Of a stretch of DNA of 64,000 bases, positions 37,940 to 52,809 are shown in pieces. This stretch comes from Macrostomum lignano (taxonomy: Eukaryota). Both the position numbers and the translations under genes were made by a program. Position 1 is the stretch's first letter. Each line of letters starts with the position of its first letter. The notes under the pieces are model-generated. The model was not told the origin of the DNA and did no database searches. It saw only the letters and a program-made list of their open reading frames with translations. The DNA is taken from NCBI GenBank assembly GCA_002269645.1, contig NIVC01002213.1:50105-114104 (forward strand), read 5' to 3'.

Positions 37940-40054
37940 TTTGGTCCTCTATTTGCAAGAAGGCATTCAAATGGTAATTTTCAATGGTAATTTTCAATGG
38001 TATTTTTTTATTGGCTACAGCGAATGCAGTTCAACTTGTTTTATATTTCAACTTGTAAAATTATTTTGAACACTTGCCCTTTTAAGTCTCTTAAGCAACG
38101 CCTGCGAAATCAAAAAGTAAATGAACATTTTTTATGTCTGGTTGTTTAAAAGCAATTAAAGTATTAGAATATTAACTCTTTCAAAATTATACGTTGATGC
38201 ACTCTGCTGTTTACGCTTTGTTGTGTTTTTATTAGTTTTAATGCTGTTTAGTTTTCAACTTGCGCATCGTAAAGCCCGGAATACTCCATAACAAGATTTT
38301 TCATGCTTTTATTCACTAATGGCGGGTTTGGGGTGGGCGGATTGAGCTTTATTTTTTATGGGTAATACAATTTATCGGGATATTAGCATTATATATATGT
38401 ACCTTAGTAATCTGCACCCGTTCAAAATTTTATAGTTTCCTTGTACGTGTGGTGGCTCTTGGCATTGGCACTAATAATAGCTGGATAGGGTTAGTCCATG
38501 TCGCTAATAAATTATTCCAGTTTTGATAATTCGCAAGCAGACTAAATTAACATGCGTGTGATTACTTTAGTATTATAATAGACGTCATCCTTGCTTCACA
38601 TATTAAAAGAATTACATGTACATGCGATTGTACTACATTAGTTACTGTAAGTACACAGGCTAAAATCTTTGTCTATTTCAGGTGTCTAAAATTGTTTCGA
38701 TGGGAAAGTCAGGGCGGCTGACAACCTGTGTGAGCGTGTGTACGAGTGCATGCCGGTTACAGTATCTGCGCGCGTGTGTACATGTATTAAGGACCATTTG
38801 GTAGTTTAAAAGATGCAACACTCTCGAATCAAGGAAGAATTGAAGAACACGAAAAAATACATTTTTCTGTTTTTTCTGTTTTTTATTGAAAAAGTCCTCT
38901 GTATTTGATAGCAGCATTGGTTTAAAGAAACCTTGTATATGGTCGTAACTAAGACTCTTTGTATATGCATGTTTCTATCTTTAGTTTAGTCATACTAACC
39001 AACGTTCTATAAACGTACTTTTAATTTGCTCTTTCTTTAGTCGCACAATAAAGATATAGGTTTACTGAAAAATGTAGATATCAATATTTCCTAAGCTCAG
39101 CATTTTTATGTGAACATTTTATACATTATTGATGAGCACATAATCTTATTAACTACTAAATCGAAAAATTAGTGAACTCTCATCTTCTGAGTTGCTATTC
39201 ATTAATTTTACAGTTATGCTACTCTGGGACAAGAGATGGACCTGATCAAATTAAACTCAGAATTTTGCCAGAGAGATAATTAATTTTTGGGTTGTCTTTA
39301 TGAATAATAAGTAGGGTCCACCTGTACTTAAATGCTATTTTCTTGCACCTACATGTAGCTTCATTCAATTTTTTTCCAATAACATAAGGAGGATAAATTC
39401 TGAACATTCCAACGACGAAATATAGGCCAACACTTGCAATTTAAAAAAATGGTCTTTAACTGCAAGTGTAGCAGCGTCGTTGTAGTCCTAGTAGTCCTTG
39501 AATTGTTTGTACTCGGGGAAGTCAGCGGAATGGGCAGAATTGCCTCAGCGCATGGTTGTGAGACGAAAGTCATCGAAAGAAGGCTTCCCGCAGCCCTCCG
39601 GCGAATATTGTTTTTACATTCAGGATTTTGATGCAAGCATACAGGCCCATCTGTCTGGTTGTCTGTCGCGAGTGCAGCATATTTTTTATGAGATCTGGGC
39701 GCAGCTCATTAGCAGCAAATTTCACTCCTGCCGCATTTTTCCCAACGGGTGATGGGCATCGATATCGATCATAAAACACTGACTGGGCAAATCTTGTCAG
39801 AGCAGCAATATCCAAAGCGGAAATGGAACCTAATGAGCTGCATCAGGCCCAGCAAGGACATGATTGCTAATTGCCTTCAGCTGATGACATTGAGCACTTC
39901 ATAGGTGAGACTCGGTCCGCTGAGCACAGACTGCTGGCTGACAGGCGATAGAGGAGGGAAATACAAGGACTGCTCAAGAACTGAGTCCTTGGGGAGATAA
40001 GGCCATTAAGTCTTGCCTCTGTTTCCCAGCTTCCTTATCATCACAGCAATGACA

Positions 40055-40092
40055 AAAACAAAAACAACAACAACAGCAGCTGCAACAACAAT

Positions 40093-40161
<69 letters not shown>

Positions 40162-40590
40162 TGTTGCCTCATCCCAGCTGCCTCATCTCAGCTGCCTCAT
40201 CTCAGCTGCCTCATCCCAGCTGCCTCATCTCAGCTGCCTCATCTCAGCTGCCTCATCCCAGCTGCCTCATCCCAGCTGCCTCATCTCAGCTGCCTCATCT
40301 CAGCTGCCTCATCTCAGCTGCCTCATCCCAGCTGCCTCATCCCAGCTGCCTCATCTCAGCTGCCTCATCCCAGCTGCCTCATCCCAGCGTCTCATCTCAG
40401 CTGCCTCATCTCAGCTGCCTCATCTCAGCTGCCTCATCTCAGCTGCCTCATCCCAGTTGCCTCATCCCAGCTGCCTCATCTCAGCTGCCTCATCTCAGCT
40501 GCCTCATCTCAGCTGCCTCATCTCAGCTGCCTCATCTAAGCTGCCTCATCTCAGCTGCCTCATCTCAGCTGCCTCATCTCAGCTGATCAG
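40055..40590. repeat. (CAA)n microsatellite (40055-40160) followed by a 14-bp minisatellite CAGCTGCCTCATC(T/C)
   Basis: Read directly. Confidence 0.95.
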
Positions 40591-41514
40591 CATATCAGCT
40601 TCTTAAATAATCTCTGTTGCCTCATCATCCCAGCTGTCTCACCATCGCATTTATTTTCAGAGAATCCCAGCCCTTCAAGACCAGGGGAGGCTGCAGCTCC
40701 TGAAAAACTCAAATCGCATCTCTGTCCACCCCATCTACAACCCAGCTTCCCCATCTTCATTCTTTTGCGTGTTCGCGAAAAATCTCCCCAAAAGTGATTT
40801 GGATTGCTTCAGCGCCTCAAGAAACCTTGAGCTTCTAGAAGCGCAGCATTGACCCGGATGTGCGCCCGGACGCTGATCACAATTGGCTTGGAGGGCAGCT
40901 TTGACCTGCGCCCAGCCTCATCCCATTCTCCATCGCTACTCATGCTCACGGCACGCACTGGCTGGGCTTCCGCAGCCACTCAGCCATTGGTAAGGACGCG
41001 CCCAGCCTCTCTCCTCATCCACTCAGTTGTCCGCCCTCCCCCAGCTTCCCTCAGACTGAAGACCTCCATCTCAACTTGAGCTCCAGCCAGATATTCAGCG
41101 AATTCACTAAGGTGCCGGCAGGAGGCTGAGGTCCCCCACCCTCATTGTCCTCTGAAATATTCATCGCCCGCCTCCGAGCCCGGCCCGCTCGCATCGCAGA
41201 TCAAAGCAGACAGAAGGAATCCTTCAGCTGGTTGGCTGCTCCACAGCCTCGGCAGCCTTCCCAGCCTCTCCGTCATCGCCTAGCTACAGATCGCCTAGCT
41301 ACAGCATCTGTTGCTCCCCCGCCCCCACACGCTTTGCTAAGCCGTGACGCAGCAGGGAAGTTGAAAAAAAGCAGCATTAATTGCCGGATGAAGAAATAAA
41401 TATTGACAGAAAGCAGCCCCAGCTACAGACGGAGTGGACAGCGGCGGCAAAGGCTACTGGATTGACTTTCGGTAGGACAGACAACAGGTGTCCCCTTCAT
41501 ACACACTCCTAGTG

Positions 41515-41770
41515 ATTACAGGAGTGAGTGACTGCAGGAGTGAGTGACTGCAGGAGTGACTACAGGAGTGAGTGACTGCAGGAGTGACTACAGGAGTGAC
41601 TTCAGGAGTGACTACAGGAGTGACTACAGGAGTGACTACAGGAGTGACTACAGGAGTGACTACAGGAGTGACTACAGGAGTGAATACAGGAGTGACTACA
41701 GGAGTGACTACAGGAGTGACTACAGGAGTGACTACAGGAGTGACTACAGGAGTGACTACAGGAGTGACGA
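41515..41770. repeat. 12-bp minisatellite (ACAGGAGTGACT)
   Basis: About 21 copies ending about 45 bp upstream of ATG 41816. Confidence 0.95.
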
Positions 41771-41815
41771 CAAGCGTGAAGGCCACAGGGGCAGGCCAGC
41801 AGAAGGTAGGCAGAG

Positions 41816-44800
41816 ATGGCGAGCTCAGCGGCGGCCAGAATAGCCAGAGTGCCGGCCAGAGTGACCGGGCAGGCCAGAGTGACCGGGCAGGCCAGAGTGA
41901 CCGGGCAGTTGGCGCTGTCAGTCCTGCTGTCGCTGCTGCTGCTGGCCGCGGCGGCTCCGCACTCAGCGGGAGGCCGCCAGTGCCCGCTGGCGGAGCTCGA
42001 AGGCATCCGCCGGGACTGCTTCTACGACTTCGAGGCCGAGTTGGCGCACACCCCGCCGCGCAGCTTCCACGTGCTGATGGAGCAAAAGTGCAAGTGAGCC
42101 CCGACCTTCAGGCGCCTCTTAGTCGATTTGAAATTCATTTATAAACCGTTACTCTCTCGCCCTCTCTTTCGCCCTCTCGATTTCGCTTTGGCAACGCCAG
42201 TCTCGCCCTCGCCCTGCCATCGCTTTCAACTTCCCTCGCCCAGCGGTCAGTCCGCGCCGCTCCGTTATTGAATTTCCCCGCAATCCTCCTGGCCGGGATG
42301 AAAGCAAAACTGGGCAAAGGCGAGAGAGCCGGCCACTTCAGCTGTGATTAGCGATAGGCCCGCCCAGCCTCCCTGTGCTGCATCTACTATGGTATGTCTC
42401 TGCCATTTTAGGGGCCGTGGAGACAGTTCAGGACTCGGGGCGCCCCGACTTTGAATTCGGTTGTCTCCGGGGTCTCCCAGCCTCCCCTTCATCCTCTCCT
42501 CCCCACTTTGCATCGCTTGATGGGCGGCGGCCCCGGCCGCCACTGCACTGCACCGCTCCCCCCTCTCTGGGCCAATTTCCCCCATCCCCACAGCTGCTTG
42601 TTGGGAGAAATGCCGAGAAAAATGGGAGAATAAAGAACAAGAGGGCCAAGAATAAGAGGATGGGGAAGTCGAGAGGGAATATTCGACCGACTTGCCCTGC
42701 TGTCGAATTCAAGGATCCCCGTGAGGATCTGGGATGCGGAGCAAGAGGGTTTCCAATGCGGAAGCGGCCGGGGCCTCTTTGTTTGCCCAGGCATTCAAAT
42801 TCCCACAGCGGATGAACTGTGGGGGAAACTGCAGCTGACAGTTACTTGATAGTCCGCCTGCGGCCCGCTGCACCGCCTGCCCATGAACTCACCCGCCCAT
42901 GAACTCATCCGCCCATGAACTCACCCGCCCATGAACTCACCTGCCCATGAACTCCCCGCCCATGAACTCATCCGCCCATGAACTCCCCGCCCATGAACTC
43001 ATCCGCCCATGAACTCATCCGCCCATGAACTCACCCGCCCATGAACTCATCCGCCCATGAACTCACCCGCCCATGAACTCACCCGCCCATGAACTCACCG
43101 CCCCCACTCAGTGACAGCATGATGACCAGACACCCAGTTATGTCGGACTGTGTCCGGTCGAGGATCGAGACCCACGGTTGCAGCAACTCGGCCGGGTTGC
43201 TGAGGCGATTCGAACTGGTCGAGCTGGCTCACAAGCACCTGTGCTCAAATAGACTCAACGGTAAGACCCTGAGTTAAGAGAGACCAAATTTCATAACACT
43301 TCTGCACAGAAGCCTCGCAGAATCGAACCCAACTCCGCACGCAGGTCTGCACTGTAGCGAGCTGCCAAAGAATTTGCCGCACTACGTCAACCTCTGCGTC
43401 GAGGCCCTCTTTGATGGCATCACCCAGAGCGTCATGTGTTCGTGAGTTCTGCACCGAGCTGTCTGGCAAAGTGCATCCTCGGATAGTAATAAATCCGCCC
43501 TCTCACCGCCCGCCTCAGGCCACCAGCACCCGCCCTCTCTGATCTCACCGCCCGCCTCAGGCCACCAGCACCCGCCCTCTCTGATCTCACCGCCCGCCTC
43601 AGGCCACCAGCACCCGCCCTCTCTGATCTCACCGCCCGCCTCAGGCCACCAGCACCCGCCCTCTCTGATCCCACCGCCCGCCTCAGGCCATCAAAGTAAT
43701 CAATTTAAAATATGTTCTTCTTCCGCTTTCCAAAATTCGAATTCGCCTGCATCAAGAATGGATCGGTGAGGCACAGCAAGCGCACAGTATTAATAATTTA
43801 ATTTATATTAACAAGTCCAACCACAATAATATTCTCTCTCATGTGCACATGTTTCATATTTTGCCGTGCTTCTCTGCAAAAAATATAGTAAGAAAGTTGC
43901 TAACAATGCCGTTACCACAACAACACTGAACCAAATTTCTCACAGAAGTATATCAAGCAGTCTATTTAGGGCTACTAAAATGTATTGGAATGGATCAGCA
44001 TGTTTTATTTGAGGTCAGAATGGCATGGCGGAGAGGGAGTGCGGGAGCAGGTAGCTCAGTGGCAGTTAATTGGGTACACGGAGTGCGGGAGCAGGTAGAT
44101 CAGTGGCAGTTAATTGGGTACAGGGAGTGCGGGAGCAGGTAGATCAGTGGCAGTTAATTGGGTACAGGGAGTGCGGGAGCAGGTAGCTCAGTGGCAGTTA
44201 ATTGGGTACACGGAGTGCGGGAGCAGGTAGATCAGTGGCAGTTAATTAGGTTCAGGGAGTGCGGGAGCAGGTAGATCAGTGGCAGTTAATTGGGTACAGG
44301 GAGTGCGGGAGCAGGTAGATCAGTGGCAGTTAATTGGGTACAGGGAGTGCGGGAGCAGGTAGATCAGTGGCAGTTAATTGGGTACAGGGAGTGCGGGAGC
44401 AGGTAGATCAGTGGCAGTTAATTGGGTGCAGGGAGTGCGGGAGCAGGTAGATCAGTGGCAGTTAATTGGGTACACGGAGTGCGGGAGCAGGTAGATCAGT
44501 GGCAGTTAATTGGGTTCAGGGAGTGCGGGAGCAGGTAGATCAGTGGCAGTTAATTGGGTACAGGGAGTGCGGGAGCAGGTAGATCAGTGGCAGTTAATTG
44601 GGTACAGGGAGTGCGGGAGCAGGTAGATCAGTGGCAGTTAATTGGGTACAGGGAGTGCGGGAGCAGGTAGATCAGTGGCAGTTAATTGGGTACAGGGAGT
44701 GCGGGAGCAGGTAGATCAGTGGCAACCACATACAAAAGCTGATAGAATTCCGTGCTTGCTGTGATTAGAGAAGCACATGGTTAGCACCAGCCTCCGATGG

Positions 44801-46194
44801 GAGTGAATTCTGAGAACCACCCCCCTACTCCGAGCAGGCGGTCTCAGATGACTGTGCAGAAGTCGCAGGCCTGCGTGCACTACATACTCAGCCTTATGGA
44901 CTCGCAATGCTACTATCTGCAGTTCAACTTCTATCACATCAGGAACTTTGCTGAGGACCTGCTGAAGACTAGCTGCCAGGGTGAGACAAGCTGGGAGCGG
45001 AGTTGAGTAGAGTAGCGTGCATTAGATTTGAACACAGTGGACTAGACTAGAATAGATTAGAGTAGAGTAGAGTAGAGTAGAGTAGAGTAGAGAAGAGTAG
45101 AGTAGAGTAGAGCAGAGTAGAGATGAGTAGAGTAGAGTAGAGTAGAGTAGAGAAGAGTAGAGTAGAGTAGAGAAGAGTAGAGTAGAGTAGAGTAGAGTAG
45201 AGTAGAGTAGAGTAGAGAAGAGTAGAGTAGAGTAGAGTAGAGTAGAGCAGAGTAGAGATGAGTAGAGTAGAGTAGAGTAGAGTAGAGAAGAGTAGAGTAG
45301 AGTAGAGTAGAGAAGAGTAGAGTAGAGTAGAGTAGAGTAGAGTAGAGTAGAGTAGAGTAGAGTAGAGTAGAGTAGAGTAGAGTAGAGTAGAGTAGAGTAG
45401 AGTAGAGTAGAGTAGAGTAGAGCAGAGAAGAGTAGAGAAGAGAAGAGTAGAGTAGAGAAGAGTAGAGTAGAGCAGAGTAGAGATGAGTAGAGTAGAGTAG
45501 AGAAGAGTAGAGTAGAGAAGAGTAGAGTAGAGTAGAGTAGAGTAGAGTAGAGTAGAGCAGAGCAGAGTAGAGTAGAGTAGAGTAGAGCAGAGTAGAGCAG
45601 AGTAGAGTAGAGTAGAGTAGAGCAGAGTGGGTAGAATAGGTTCCCAGAAAGAGTCTGCCTTCCCGCAGCTGCAATTTGAGCACCAAGCAAAAATCAGAGC
45701 TCTAAAAGGAAAAGGAGAACTTTTCCTCCCCTCGCCATTCATTTCCGCTGGCCCCGGGTCTCCCGCTGGGAGAAAAATGCTCCAAGGAGAGGCTTTGATT
45801 TGGTTGATTAAATGGCAAAAGAGATGAGGGACTGGGAGGCTGGGGCAGAGGAGTGGGTCCCACTGCATCATTTCTCACTTTTCGCTCCCGAGGGCCGGCA
45901 GGGCTCGCCAGAATGATAATAAGCCGCACCCCAATAAAACAGCAATAATCTGCAATCCCACTAATGGATGCCGTTGAGCAGTTTATTTGAGAAGCGGATT
46001 GTGCACTGCTGGCAAATGTACTGATTAGGATTTTTACCTTGTATTTAAAAGCTTTGAAAATTGCTGCTTTCAATATTTCAGAATCAAATTCAGCTGAACG
46101 CGAGTTCAACTCGGCTGCTGCGGCTGCTGCGGCGGCGGCTCTGTCTGCTTTTGCCACAGCAGTTCATATTCTGCTGCATCATCTCGACCAATGA
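41816..46194 (+). CDS. Secreted, probably GPI-anchored protein, 259 aa, two 6-Cys domains; exons 41816-42093, 43112-43260, 43345-43441, 44838-44980, 46082-46194
   Basis: Five exons join in phase (780 nt) through GT-AG sites. Signal-peptide-like LALSVLLSLLLLAAAAPHSAG, 12 Cys in two similar blocks, and a small-residue plus hydrophobic C-terminal tail. Confidence 0.78.
42880..43100. repeat. 16-bp minisatellite (CCGCCCATGAACTCA(C/T)) abutting an exon acceptor
   Basis: Read directly. Confidence 0.93.
43495..43690. repeat. 42-bp minisatellite, about 4.5 copies
   Basis: TCTCACCGCCCGCCTCAGGCCACCAGCACCCGCCCTCTCTGA. Confidence 0.93.
44035..44725. repeat. 44-bp minisatellite (GGGAGTGCGGGAGCAGGTAGATCAGTGGCAGTTAATTGGGTACA)
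   Basis: About 15 copies. Confidence 0.96.
45050..45628. repeat. (AGAGT)n pentanucleotide microsatellite
   Basis: Read directly. Confidence 0.97.
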
Positions 46195-46377
46195 ACTTCT
46201 TCTTTAATTTGCTGCACGCTTTTGCTAAAAATTAAAAATTTTTCATTAGCTTCAGCTCTGACTGCTACTGTTAGTAGGCCAATGGAGTTTTTTGTTAGAA
46301 GCATTAAACTGCGTCAATTTTGTAAAGTAATCAAATTGATTCTGCCTTGGAATTTTGCCTTTGTATTTATTTTGGGC

Positions 46378-46670
46378 TGGCCACACTGATCTGAACTGAG
46401 GCGCCACACTGATCTGAACTGAGGCGCCACACTGATCTGAACTGAAGCGCCACACTGATCTGAACTGAGGCGCCACACTGATCTGAACTGAGGCGCCACA
46501 CTGATCTGAACTGAGGCGCCACACTGATCTGAACTGAAGCGCCACACTGATCTGAACTGAGGCGCCACACTGATCTGAACTGAAGCGCCACACTGATCTG
46601 AACTGAAGCGCCACACTGATCTGAACTGAGGCGCCACACTGATCTGAACTGAAGCGCCACACTGATCTGC
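46378..46670. repeat. 23-bp minisatellite (GCCACACTGATCTGAACTGA(G/A)GC)
   Basis: About 12 copies. Confidence 0.95.
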
Positions 46671-47044
46671 CTGTCCATACTCTATAAAATGAAGGAAGGC
46701 ACAAGTTGGGTTAAATGCCGAGTTGCTCTGAGCAGCTGCGGCCGAAAGAAAGCACAAGATATGTTTCTATTTTTACTAGTGTAATAAATTGGACAAGGTA
46801 GACAAATTTCCGAGCAAGCTCAGCTGATGAGTCAGGATACTGCAGGAATTCTTTATGCTAGCTGAATAAGACACTAATATGAAATTAAGCCTTAATTTGC
46901 TAAGTTCTGTACACGGCTGAATCGCCAGCCCTAACCTACCTACCTAATTCTTCTCAGCAATCCTGAGCTACTGGCAGCAACTGCCAGCAATATGAGAGCA
47001 TAAAGGCAGCTCAAGTTGTCCCGGAAGCACGCGGAAGAACAGCC

Positions 47045-48409
47045 CTACTCGTCCTTGTCTTTGCCGAACTCCTCGACCTCCTCCTCCTCGCCCTCCACGC
47101 TGTCCACGCCGACCTCCTCGTAGTCCTTCTGCATGGAGCTCAGCTCCTCGCGGGCCTCGGCGAACTCGCCCTCCTCCATGCCCTCGCCGACGTACCAGTG
47201 CACGAAGGCGCGCTTCGAGTACAGGAGGTCGAACTTGTAGGCCAGCCGGTCCCAGGCCTCAGCGATGGCGGTGGTGTTGCTCAGCATGCAGACCGCTCGA
47301 GGCACCTTCGCGAGGTCGCCTCCGGGCACCGCGACGGGCGGCTGGTAGTTGAGGCCGACCTTGAAGCCGGTGGGGCACCAGTCCACGAACTGGATCTCGC
47401 GCTTGTTCTTGATCTTCTGGATGGAGTCGTTGACCTCCTGGGAGGAGACGTCGCCCCGGTACAGCAGGCAGCAGGACATGTACTTGCCGTGCCGGGGGTC
47501 GCACTTCACCATCTGGTTGCCAGGCTCGAAGCACGCGTACGTGATGTCCCTGACCTTCAGCTGCTCGTGGTTGGCTTTCTCTGTCGAGACGATGGGAGCG
47601 TAGGTTGCCAGGGGGAAGTGGATCTTGGGGTAGGGCACGAGGTTGGTCTGGAACTCGGTGATGTCCACGTTGAGCGAGCCATCGAACCGCAGGGACACCG
47701 TGATGGAGGACACGATCTGCGCGATCAGGCGGTTCAGGTTGGTGTAGGTGGGCCTCTCGACGTCCAGGTTCCTCCTGCAGATGTCGTAGATGGCCTCGTT
47801 GTCCACCATGAAGGCGCAGTCGGTGTGAGGCAGGGTGCCGTGGGTGCACAGGATGGCGTTGAACGGCTCCACCACAGCCGTGGACACCTGCGGCGCCGGG
47901 TAGACGGCGAACTGCAGCTTCGCCCGCTTGCCGTACTCGGACGACAGCCGGTCGCACAGCAGCGAGGTGAAGCCGGCGCCCGTGCCGCCACCGAAGGAGT
48001 GAAAAACCAGGAAGCCCTGCAGGCCTGCGCAGTTCTCCGCCAGCCGGTTGACGACCTCCCGAACGGTGCCAATCAGCTCCTTGCCGATGGTGTAGTGGCC
48101 TCTGGCGTAGTTGTTGGCGGCGTCCTCCTTGCCCGAGATCAGCTGCTCCGGGTGGAACAGCTGGCGGTAGGTGCCGCAGCGAACCTCGTCGACCACGGTG
48201 GGCTCCAGGTCCACGAAGATGGTGCGCGGCACGTAGCGGCCGCTGAGGGTCTCGGAGAAGAACGGCCCCTGCGAGTCGTCGCACTTCTCCCTGCCGGGCG
48301 TCATGAGGCCGTCGGGCTGGATGCCGTGCTCCAGGCAGTAGAGCTCCCAGCAGGCGTTGCCGATCTGGATGCCGGCCTGGCCGACGTGGATTGAGATGCA
48401 CTCGCGCAT
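47045..48409 (-). CDS. TUBA: Divergent intronless alpha-tubulin, 454 aa
   Basis: [73 protein letters not shown] and an acidic tail. Confidence 0.97.
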   Translation of the reverse strand: MRECISIHVGQAGIQIGNACWELYCLEHGIQPDGLMTPGREKCDDSQGPFFSETLSGRYVPRTIFVDLEPTVVDEVRCGTYRQLFHPEQLISGKEDAANNYARGHYTIGKELIGTVREVVNRLAENCAGLQGFLVFHSFGGGTGAGFTSLLCDRLSSEYGKRAKLQFAVYPAPQVSTAVVEPFNAILCTHGTLPHTDCAFMVDNEAIYDICRRNLDVERPTYTNLNRLIAQIVSSITVSLRFDGSLNVDITEFQTNLVPYPKIHFPLATYAPIVSTEKANHEQLKVRDITYACFEPGNQMVKCDPRHGKYMSCCLLYRGDVSSQEVNDSIQKIKNKREIQFVDWCPTGFKVGLNYQPPVAVPGGDLAKVPRAVCMLSNTTAIAEAWDRLAYKFDLLYSKRAFVHWYVGEGMEEGEFAEAREELSSMQKDYEEVGVDSVEGEEEEVEEFGKDKDE

Positions 48410-48854
48410 GGCTGGATGAAGCGGCTTCCTGCGGTGGGTCAGAGGCTGCTGAGATGCTGCTAGCTGTGGGCTGCGAGCCCGGCTTAGCGCTCTGAGTGTA
48501 CGGGAGGGCCTCGCTGCTGTCTATGGTAGAAGCCTCTCTGGGCTGGCTTTGAGTTGAGGGTTGGAGCATCTAATGGCAAATAGATTTTGCTATTCAATCC
48601 TAATCCTACAGTTGCAAAACTTAACTGATTTTATTTTCATTGTCGATTTCAAAATCGTAAATGATAGCATAAAGCCACCGCGACATGCAGATGTTCGCGA
48701 ATGAACTCATTTCGCGAATGATGCAATTAATTTTTTGTGAAAGGCTGATTATATGTGTATGAGTAGGCTTGTAAAAACTTGTGCAGATTCAGTGATGAGG
48801 GGCTGAGTTGCTAGCAGTGTTGCATTCGACTATCGATCCAGAGTCCGCAGTCCC

Positions 48855-49225
48855 ACACTGAACTGAACTCGGCGCCACAACAGAACTGAACTCGGCGCCA
48901 CAACAGAACTGAACTCAGCGCCACAACAGAACTGAACTCGGCGCCACAACAGAACTGAACTCGGCGCCACAACAGAACTGAACTCGGCGCCACAACAGAA
49001 CTGAACTCGGCGCCACAACAGAACTGAACTCGGCGCCACAACAGAACTGAACTCGGCGCCACAACAGAACTGAACTCGGCGCCACAACAGAACTGAACTC
49101 GGCGCCACAACAGAACTGATTTCGGCGCCACAACAGAACTGAACTCGGCGCCACAACAGAACTGAACTCGGCGCCACAACAGAATTGAACTCGGCGCCAC
49201 AACGGAACTGAATTCGGCGCCACAC
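48855..49225. repeat. 23-bp minisatellite (GCCACAACAGAACTGAACTCGGC)
   Basis: About 16 copies. Confidence 0.95.
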
Positions 49226-49665
49226 CTGAATTGAGCTGAGGCCACACCCTGAACTACTCGAACTACTCAACTCCGCTTTCACTGAGACAAAGATCGACTG
49301 TTAAAAAGCTTTTTAATTTGTGTCGTCCAGTTTTCCATCTCAAAAACCCACTGGGAACTCAAAGATGAAAGGGAAACCCTTCGCACCCCTTGAGGAGCAA
49401 CACTTGTCTCAAGACATGCAAACAAAGCGAAGGTGTCAATAAACAAATTGCTTTGTGCGATAAAAAAGTTAAAATTTAAAAGCTCGGCCACGCCCCAACT
49501 CGCCTTTGACAAGCGAATTGCTTTGAAATCACCGAGCCATTGAGCTCTCTGAAGTTTTTTCCACTCAACTTTATCGCCTCGGCTATAAAACTCACCGAGA
49601 CCGCCGCCGCTCCACCCGACCGGGATTTCTCCCGAAGCCGGCCCCGGCCACAACTCCTCGCAGCC

Positions 49666-51587
<1,922 letters not shown>

Positions 51588-51832
51588 CCTGATATCGAAG
51601 ACAACTACTGACAACTCAACACGCGCTTAATCGGATTCTTACCTTGCCTGAGCGGCACAGGGAGCCAATGGGGTGCTCATTGTTGACTGACTGACTGACT
51701 GACTCAGCCCCGCTCTCCTGTGTGCCAGCGCAAGAATTTAATAAAAATTTCGGACTACCGGAATATCAGAAATAGTCACCCCGCAAATTAATTATCTAAA
51801 ACTGATTTCTAGGAATTCAATTTCAATGGCTG

Positions 51833-52310
51833 TACGAGTGGTGCTTATTAAGTTCCCGGAAAATGCAGCCTAAAAATGGGCCAATCAAACGAAACTTTAC
51901 CAGCAGTTAGGGTTGGATTTTCTACGTTTGCTTGTGAAATTTCAGCTTAATCAGTCGCAATGATCCGCCGCAGTGGCCAAAGTTTGGCTAAAAAAGTGCC
52001 CCCCCCTTGCCGCAGCTCGCTGGACCTGGTGCCTGCCGACTTCTTCCTCTTTCCCAGGATGAAGAAAAATCTAAAGGGGAAGCGCTTCGACTCGAGGGAG
52101 GAGCTGGTTGTTGCGCTGCAAGCTGAGCTGGACAGCTTCACCAAAGCTGATCTCAGGGGGTGCATGGTTCCAGCGCCTGCAAAATGCTCCGATTTGAGTG
52201 GAAATTATGTTGAGAAGTTTTAATAGACTGCAGTTGCTGCAGGTAAAATTTCGCACAGATGCGATCATCAGAATTGAACTCTTCCGGGAACTTAATAAGC
52301 ACCCCTTGTA
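51833..52310 (+). mobile_element. Internally deleted mariner-type DNA transposon (non-autonomous), TA target duplication
   Basis: Left TACGAGTGGTGCTTATTAAGTTCCCGGAA (51833-51861) is the near-perfect inverted repeat of TTCCGGGAACTTAATAAGCACCCCTTGTA (52282-52310). The interior encodes a transposase C-terminus, PP..S.DL.PADFFLFP.MK..LKGKRF...C....GNYVEK. Confidence 0.92.
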
Positions 52311-52809
52311 TATGATTGATTGTCCCGGAGATCTTCGGTATAAAATGATTTTATACCAACTGGTTCTTAGGACTTTGTTTGAAAGAAACGAGGTCTAGGT
52401 ACACGAGACTGTTGCTAATGTACATGAGACTGTTGCTAAGCTGCATGAGACTGTTACTAAGGTGTATGAGACTGCTATTTATACTTACATTTATATTTAT
52501 ATTCATTATCCAAGTGGTGTTACTAAACTGCTTGAGGATTATTGATAAGCTGCTTCTGATTCTTTTGATTAATCGAGTGCTGATGATTTCAAGTTCCGAG
52601 TGCTTTTAATTATGCCTTTATTTGCGCTGAGTTTGTCGGCCCAGTGGGCTTCGTGTTTGGTTCAGTGGTATAAAAAGTGCTGTGGTGTGTTGCAAAGTTT
52701 TGTGTTTAGCGTCTGTGCTTGCCATATTCTGATCTCTGATGAAATGTTTTGAAATACTGTACATATGCAGGCATGCAGGGCCAGAGCATTGGGCGCTGAC
52801 TGGCATCTC

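Noticed and set aside
39434-39815. Signal-peptide-like ORF and overlapping short ORFs divergent from IQCG
   Set aside because: The splice combinations I tried either hit stops or could not be extended, codon usage is not gene-like, and no family was recognised.
47198-48569. Long overlapping ORFs around tubulin, and likewise around PEPCK, the kinase, the GPCRs and SLC18
   Set aside because: They are shadow frames expected from very high GC3.
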